Positions 58,315 to 64,000 of a stretch of 64,000 bases of DNA are shown piece after piece; the stretch's first letter is position 1; every line of letters begins with the position of its first letter. The notes under the pieces are model-generated. The model ran no database searches, was not told where the DNA came from, and saw only the letters and a list, made by a program, of their open reading frames with translations. This stretch comes from an uncultured Acidobacteriota bacterium (GTDB taxonomy: Bacteria > Acidobacteriota > Thermoanaerobaculia > Multivoradales > JAHEKO01), in contig CAVQNG010000003.1 of the NCBI GenBank assembly GCA_963713825.1, positions 832,001 to 896,000 on the forward strand, written 5' to 3'. The translations under genes and the position numbers were made by a program.

Positions 58315-60323
58315 GAGGCTGCTCCAGGGGAACCACCCGACTCGGGCGGTAGGTTCTTCAAAGGCACCTCGACGCGAATCAGGGTGCCGCTTCCAGGGTG
58401 GCTGTCGATGAACAGCAACCCGCCAATCGCTGCGGCTCGTTCCTCGAGTCCCAGCAAACCCAGCCCACCGCGCTGTCTGGCGACGGCGGTGTCGAATCCG
58501 AGACCGTTGTCGGAGATCTCCAGAAAGGCCGAGCTCTCCGACTGACGCAGTTCCACCGAGATACGGGTGGCCTCCGAATGTTTGAGAATGTTGTTGAGCG
58601 ACTCCTTGGCGATGCCATACAGCGCTTTTTCGATCGTGCCGGGCAGCGAGACCGGACCCGCGGTCAGGAACTCGGCCTTGACACCGGCGCGGCCCTCGAC
58701 GGCTGCCAGCCGGGCTTGCAGCGCCCCGGCCAGGCCCTTTTTCTGCAGCGCGGGCGGCCGCAACTCGAAGACCAGAAGACGCATCTCTCGCAGTGCTTCG
58801 AGCGCGGCTTTCTGCAGGTCGTGCATCAGGCTCTTCGCCTTGTCGGCCTGATCGGCGTCGAGGAGTCGCGCTGCCGCTTCGCTGTACATCGTGACTCCGT
58901 AGAGTGACTGGGTCACGGAATCGTGAAGCTCGTGCGCTAACCGCTGGCGATCCTCCAGAACCGCGATGCGCTCGTGCTGCTCATGGAACCGAGCATGCAC
59001 AATGGCAGCACTGGCGCTCTCTGTAAAGTTCCTGAGGACGCGCAGGTCGCCTTCTTCACAATCTTCCGCCCGGCTAGTCAGCAACAGCGTGCCGACGCTC
59101 TCTCCTTTGACCACCAGCGGTATCGAGAGTTCCGACGTGTTGGGCTCGGTGATGGCCTGCACCAGCCTCTCGGCAGAGATCGTCCCTGCCTTGCCCGAGA
59201 AGGCTCGGCGTGGGTTATCCGAGCCGTCGTTGAGAAATGCGACGGCACCCTCGGCGCCGACGATGCGTTGGGCCTCCCGAGCGGTAATCGCCAGGACGTC
59301 GTCGACGCTCTGCATCTCGAGAAGGGCCGCTGTCGAGCCCTGAAGCCGATCGGCTTCCCGCAGTCGGTGCTGGGCGTCTTCGTACTTCAGGGCGTTGCCG
59401 ATGGCAGGCGCGACCGCCTGCGAGATTCCGGAGACCAGTCGAAGCTCGTCGGGGTCGAATGCGCACTCGCGGTCGAAAGAGACTCCCACGGCGAGCGCCA
59501 GCACTTCACCGGCAAGGGTAATGGGGATCGAGACCACGGTCCTGATTCCTGCGATGTCGGGCCGCTCCGCAAAGGCGTTTGGGGCCTCGTCGCCGCAAAA
59601 GGCGGCCAGGGTTCCGGAGGCCAGCGCTTTCGAGACCAGAGGGTCGACCTCTTCTTTGAGTGGTCTGCCGAGGACGCGAGCCAGTTGGGGCTGCCCAGGG
59701 CTGTCGATCGAAGAGCGGGGCTCGAAGACCCCTTCCCGCTGGTTGAAGAGGAAGATCACGCAATGCGACAGACGCAGCGCTCGCGCGATTCCTCGTGCGA
59801 TCGAGGGCAGGATGACTTCGAGAGCGAGAGAGCCTCCACTGGCTTCGGCCGCATCCAGCATGAGGGCCAACCGATCCTTCTCGTGGCGCACGGAATGGCG
59901 CATACCCTTGGCGAAGAGGTCGGCGAAGCGACCTGCGGCCAAACGGAGGATCCGGTCGAGCTGCAGGATGGCCACGCTTGCAGCCTCAGGGTCGTCTCGG
60001 AAGTTGTCGAGAATAGACGGTAGCGTCGCTTCTTTGAGAGACAGAATCGCTTCCACGACTTCGTAGATCGCGAAGCCCATCGCACCGCGCTCCCGGCTGA
60101 GAGTCTCGGCACGAGTCAGGAGGGGCTCTGCGGAGCCCTGCTCCAGGCTCAGAACCACGTCTGCGAGGCTGGCCGAGACCCATGAACGCAGCTCCCCCGC
60201 CGATCTTTCCTGGTAGTGGCTGCCGGCCTGGCTTCGCAGATCCTCCACCGCTCGGTCGAGGATCGCGTCCCGCTCCGCTCGCAGGAGCTGAGCCAGGGCG
60301 GGGGAGGCAATCGTCTTGGTCAT
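58311..60323 (-). CDS. Cytoplasmic HisKA_3 histidine kinase with RsbRD-N-like and two GAF domains
   Basis: RLAHELHDSVTQ, ESLNNILKHS, DNGLGF; no TM seen. Confidence 0.9.
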   Translation of the reverse strand: MTKTIASPALAQLLRAERDAILDRAVEDLRSQAGSHYQERSAGELRSWVSASLADVVLSLEQGSAEPLLTRAETLSRERGAMGFAIYEVVEAILSLKEATLPSILDNFRDDPEAASVAILQLDRILRLAAGRFADLFAKGMRHSVRHEKDRLALMLDAAEASGGSLALEVILPSIARGIARALRLSHCVIFLFNQREGVFEPRSSIDSPGQPQLARVLGRPLKEEVDPLVSKALASGTLAAFCGDEAPNAFAERPDIAGIRTVVSIPITLAGEVLALAVGVSFDRECAFDPDELRLVSGISQAVAPAIGNALKYEDAQHRLREADRLQGSTAALLEMQSVDDVLAITAREAQRIVGAEGAVAFLNDGSDNPRRAFSGKAGTISAERLVQAITEPNTSELSIPLVVKGESVGTLLLTSRAEDCEEGDLRVLRNFTESASAAIVHARFHEQHERIAVLEDRQRLAHELHDSVTQSLYGVTMYSEAAARLLDADQADKAKSLMHDLQKAALEALREMRLLVFELRPPALQKKGLAGALQARLAAVEGRAGVKAEFLTAGPVSLPGTIEKALYGIAKESLNNILKHSEATRISVELRQSESSAFLEISDNGLGFDTAVARQRGGLGLLGLEERAAAIGGLLFIDSHPGSGTLIRVEVPLKNLPPESGGSPGAAS

Positions 60324-60479
60324 GGAGTTCGCGGCCGATCGACGTGAGGGGATGTCCGGGTCGAGCACGTTGACTTCGTCAGCGCTCCCGGCTCGTGGCT
60401 GAGAATAGCAGGCAACGGCCCTCGCATCCCGCGCCAGATAGAAGGATGGCGCACCGGAGCCGATTTCAGGAAACTCGAT

Positions 60480-61070
60480 CTAGGGACCCAGGCCTTGCAC
60501 GAAGCTACCGGGGTCATCGGCGATGGCCGCGGCGAGAAACTCGTCGAGGCGACCATCGACGGAGACGACTTCCAGCTCGTAGGCATCGAGTGAGACGACG
60601 CACAGGCTGCGGATCGAGCCGCTATCGTCTTCGCGGGAGATCACCCAGGTCCGCTCATCGAGGTCCCTCTCCTTGACGACCACAGTCCAACCGACCTGCT
60701 CCAGCCGGTGCTGCAGAACAGAGAGGCTTCTGGGTGCCGGGTTGTCGGGAGGCGAGACCACCCGATACGTTGCGACGTCGACGCGCTTGAGACTCGCGAT
60801 GAGCTGGCGCTCGGTGCTGCCCTTGGGACTCGTGAAGCGGAGAACCTGTTTGACGGCGCCCATCGAGATTCGACCCAGGTGGATGTGGCTCTCGCGCTCG
60901 AACTGGGCGCCGGGAAGTTGTTGCTCGAGCTCCAGGCGTACCTGCTCTGCGGTCGGGCTCTGCTTGCAGCCGACCATCAGCAGCGCAACCATCGTGGCCA
61001 CGGAGAGGACGAGAAGTTGGAGTCGTTCGCGGCTGCGAACCGTCAGAAGTGGAGTCGCCGCAACGCTCAT
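60480..61070 (-). CDS. DUF4252-like lipoprotein
   Basis: Lipobox MVGC; C-terminal GW..VV..E..VV..DG pattern shared with its neighbour. Confidence 0.65.
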   Translation of the reverse strand: MSVAATPLLTVRSRERLQLLVLSVATMVALLMVGCKQSPTAEQVRLELEQQLPGAQFERESHIHLGRISMGAVKQVLRFTSPKGSTERQLIASLKRVDVATYRVVSPPDNPAPRSLSVLQHRLEQVGWTVVVKERDLDERTWVISREDDSGSIRSLCVVSLDAYELEVVSVDGRLDEFLAAAIADDPGSFVQGLGP

Positions 61071-61600
61071 TCGACAGTGACCTCGGGAAGATCCAGGCCC
61101 GACATGAGACTCCCCAGTTGGTCCGGGTCGATGCGTCCCACCAGGTTGAGGACGATGACTTCCCCGTCCTCGATCGCCAGCACCGTCAGACCCTGCAGGT
61201 CCCCTTCGTCTTCACGGCCGTAGATGTGGACCTCCTCGCCCTCGTCCCGGGTCAGGATCATCCTGTACCAACCCATGTTCTCGAGCATCGTGACCCCGGT
61301 GTCGAGCCCCTTCCGAATGGCATCGGCCTGCAGGCGGTCCGTCGGTGCAATCTGAACGCGGATGGCTTCGAGATTCTTCATCACCTGGGCGAACTCGGGG
61401 TCGTCGTCCGCCGCCACCTTGCCGATCAGTCGCAGCATGGCGCCGCGCAGGTTGATCTCCACGCTCAGGTCGTCCGGGGACAGGAACTGCAGCTCGTCGA
61501 TCGGAAAGTAGCCGGGATGCTCTTCGATGGGCTGAGCGTGGAGCGTCGAGGCCAGCAAGGCCATCGAAAGCAGGAGGATGGAACGTCTGAGCCGATGCAT
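61067..61600 (-). CDS. DUF4252-like exported protein
   Basis: Signal peptide, VEINL, GLTVL, LNLVGRIDP. Confidence 0.75.
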   Translation of the reverse strand: MHRLRRSILLLSMALLASTLHAQPIEEHPGYFPIDELQFLSPDDLSVEINLRGAMLRLIGKVAADDDPEFAQVMKNLEAIRVQIAPTDRLQADAIRKGLDTGVTMLENMGWYRMILTRDEGEEVHIYGREDEGDLQGLTVLAIEDGEVIVLNLVGRIDPDQLGSLMSGLDLPEVTVE

Positions 61601-62208
61601 CACGAACTCCTTGTCCTGTCGTTGAGAGACCGATAGTCGGAGACGGGGCCGCTCTTCGGAGCCGCGGTTTCGGGGGCGTTCAAGGAGCGGCTGAGACCAC
61701 GGGCCGCGGGCTCGACCACGCGTTTCTGGACCACGTCCTCGCGAAGATCCCTGGCAGCTCGATGGGTGAGCTTGTCCAGGTAGGCGATTGCTAGCCGGGC
61801 CTCTTCGGTAGCGATCTCCACTTCGGCTGAGTGCTCTGGAGGAGCGGGCTCCTGACTCGGCATGAGGACCATGACCGCGAACAGGGCCGCAGCCGCGGTG
61901 GCGCCGACCGCGATCCAAGTGGGACCTGGTGCTCGAAAGAGGTCGAGCCATGACCGACGACGGGACTCGTTGCGTCGCATGGTTACCAGGACGGAGTCGA
62001 GAACGTGCTGCGGTGTGTCCAACTCCGGCAACCCGCGCAGCTCCTGCCTGATCTCGGTGGCCAGGCGAACCTGTCTGGCGCAAGCGGGGCAGATTTCGAG
62101 ATGCTCTTGAAGAGCCGTCGCCTCGGTCCGCTCGAGCTCTTTATCGACGAACGCCTCGATGCGAAGCTGGAGGTTCTGGCATTGAGTCTTGTCATCCGGT
62201 CGGGACAT
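61600..62208 (-). CDS. Membrane-anchored zf-HC2 anti-sigma factor
   Basis: HLEICPAC plus a single TM. Confidence 0.88.
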   Translation of the reverse strand: MSRPDDKTQCQNLQLRIEAFVDKELERTEATALQEHLEICPACARQVRLATEIRQELRGLPELDTPQHVLDSVLVTMRRNESRRRSWLDLFRAPGPTWIAVGATAAAALFAVMVLMPSQEPAPPEHSAEVEIATEEARLAIAYLDKLTHRAARDLREDVVQKRVVEPAARGLSRSLNAPETAAPKSGPVSDYRSLNDRTRSS

Positions 62209-62716
62209 GGTCGTACACCCTTCCTAGCTGCTTGCGGAGCCGTTGCCGTCCCCGGTGGAGATAGACCCTCACTGTGTTGAGGGGCATCTCGAGAATGTCG
62301 GCGATCTCTTGATACTTGAGCCCCTGGATCTCGCGCAGAATGAGGACACTGCGCATCGGTTCGTCGAGTTTGCGAAGTGCGGCCAGAAGGTGCTTTCGGA
62401 AATCACTGGCTTCCGCCTTCGCTCCCGGATCGGGGCGATCACTCGTCGCCTGGTTGGTGGCATGGCCTTCGGGATCCGGAACCATGTAGCGGGACGTGGA
62501 GCGTCTCTTGCGCAGGAGGTCGTAGCACGCATTCCGCGTCACTCTGGTGAGCCAAGGCTCCAGCCGCTCAGCGTCGAGCTTGTGCCAGTTCTGCCAGAGT
62601 CGAAGAAGAACTTCCTGCACGACATCCTCCGCTTCAGACGGGTTGCCCAGAAAGTAGTGGGCGAAGGAGAAGACCCTCCTCTGGTGTCTCGCCACCGCCG
62701 CCTCGAAACCCGTCAC
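62192..62716 (-). CDS. ECF sigma factor
   Basis: AEDVVQEV, WL..RNAC, LKYQEIA..TVRVYLHRGR. Confidence 0.93.
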   Translation of the reverse strand: MTGFEAAVARHQRRVFSFAHYFLGNPSEAEDVVQEVLLRLWQNWHKLDAERLEPWLTRVTRNACYDLLRKRRSTSRYMVPDPEGHATNQATSDRPDPGAKAEASDFRKHLLAALRKLDEPMRSVLILREIQGLKYQEIADILEMPLNTVRVYLHRGRQRLRKQLGRVYDHVPTG

Positions 62717-62741
62717 CGTGAATTCGCACTCCTCTTGACCA

Positions 62742-62768
62742 GACGTAGGAGGCCCCGGGAAAGTTACA
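62742..62768 (-). promoter_or_regulatory. ECF autoregulatory promoter TGTAAC-N17-CGTC
   Basis: AAC/CGT ECF-type architecture just upstream of the GAGGAG RBS of the sigma gene. Confidence 0.7.
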
Positions 62769-63190
62769 CCCCGCCCGAGTTTCTCACCCTCGCGTGACGA
62801 AAGGTCCGTCCGGGTGGTCCGCAGGCGGACGGCGTCGGCTACTCAGACTGCAACGGGCAGGCCGCCACCTTGTCTCGTCATCGCGCCGGATCTCTTTGCC
62901 CTTCGATGGTCCTTGCGCTGCGCTCGACTCGGCACCCCCTGTCGAACCACCCGAACGAACCTCTGGCACCGGTGAGGGCAATAGGGGCGTAAGGGCCCAG
63001 GGGCTTAGGGGGAACAGCTCAACAGGGACTCTCCAGTGATGAAGAGGGTCCGGCGTGGGGACCTCCATGGGGGTTCTTGCAGCGGAAGGGAGGATAGCCC
63101 CCTGGGGGCCCCACGTCGGACCCCCGCACGATAGGTACCACAGCCCAGGACCCGGGTCCAAAGCCCCAGGACACTCTCGCGGGCATCCCC

Positions 63191-64000
63191 CTAGTCGTCG
63201 GGCTTTGGCTGAGGGGCGATATTGCGGGCTCGGAAGTCGTCGCGGGCCTTGCGGGCCATCACGTAGATCTCCTGGGGCATGAACGCCTCGGAGAAGTGGG
63301 CCGCGAAGGACTCGGCCTCTTCGGTCCAACCCTGCTTGATCGCTGGATCACTGAAGACATTGACCGTCAGGCCACGCTTCTGCATCTCGGCGATGGCGGC
63401 GGCGTCCTGGGCGGGGATCTCCACCTCGAAGCTCTTCGCTGCCTGCTGCGATACCGCCAGAATCTTCTGTTGGTCCGCGGGTGAGATCTTGCTCCAGCCA
63501 CGTTCAGTGATGACCGTGGCGCCGACCAGGGGGGCGATACCCAGGTCCAACATGTAGGGAGTCTGGCGATACCACTGCAGCGACAGCGCCGCCAGCGGCG
63601 TCGAGGGTACTGCCTCGATCATGCCGGTCTGCATGGCCGGCAGAGCATCGGTCAGGGCTAGCGGCACGGGTCGGTACCCGTTGTCCTTCCACCACGACAC
63701 GAGCCGATCGCTTCCCGCCCAGACGAAAAGCTTCAACCGCTTCAGATCCGCGACCGTGTTGACGGGCTCGGTGGCAAAGAGCTGGACCCATCCACCATGA
63801 CCCCAGTGCAGGAGGATGAAGCCCTTCGCCTCGAGCCGTTCCCGCAGGACCGGTTCGAGGCTGTCGAGAACGTAGAAGTACTCATCATAGGACTCATAGA
63901 ACAGCGGGATCGAGAAGACATTGAAGGCCTCGTCGATCTCGGCCAGCCCTGTCACCGTGATGGTGGCCGCCTGCAGCTGGCCGATGCGCATCTTGCGCAC
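63191..64000 (-). CDS. dctP: TRAP transporter solute-binding protein DctP (5'-truncated)
   Basis: KMRIGQLQAA, DLKRLKL, MQTGMIE, WSKIS. Confidence 0.85.
   Translation of the reverse strand: MRKMRIGQLQAATITVTGLAEIDEAFNVFSIPLFYESYDEYFYVLDSLEPVLRERLEAKGFILLHWGHGGWVQLFATEPVNTVADLKRLKLFVWAGSDRLVSWWKDNGYRPVPLALTDALPAMQTGMIEAVPSTPLAALSLQWYRQTPYMLDLGIAPLVGATVITERGWSKISPADQQKILAVSQQAAKSFEVEIPAQDAAAIAEMQKRGLTVNVFSDPAIKQGWTEEAESFAAHFSEAFMPQEIYVMARKARDDFRARNIAPQPKPDD

Noticed and set aside
62784-63329. ORFs in the dctP-ECF spacer
   Set aside because: Pro/Arg/Gly-rich translations of repeat and hairpin DNA, with no RBS or recognisable domain

Overview
High-GC bacterial chromosome segment (roughly 63-65% GC by eye) close to the replication origin. 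Gene content and order suggest Acidobacteriota, possibly Thermoanaerobaculia-like; this is an inference and was not tested. It starts with yidD-yidC-jag, then rsmG-parA-parB-bactofilin. Where mnmE/mnmG usually lie there is a small stand-alone single-motif LAGLIDADG-like gene. Its putative -10 element, start codon and first codons overlap a 36-bp tandem repeat carrying the only two full parS-like sites I found, and this is the most striking feature of the window. The remainder is mostly housekeeping and metabolism: pyrD/pyrF, tandem lepB, comEA with a pseudopilin, cutA, a trans-sulfuration enzyme, mtnA, tmRNA, dusB, a methyltransferase-bshC-bshB1-bshA operon (N-methyl-bacillithiol candidate), tRNA-Leu, secG-tpiA-pgk-gap, tsaD, ada, an orphan ParA, an amidohydrolase with a GNAT-cNMP partner, two ECF/anti-sigma modules, a PPi-type PFK, apbE, a complete rnfCDGEAB operon, a GAF histidine kinase/NarL pair and a partial TRAP solute-binding protein. 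Non-coding signals include a dimeric ~46-bp interspersed repeat, GTAG-type REPs, G-quadruplex-like tracts, a shared ECF promoter motif, many leaderless-looking starts and a candidate structured ncRNA beside ssrA. I saw no CRISPR array, rRNA, integrase or transposase. All calls come from manual motif recognition; no searches or computations were run.
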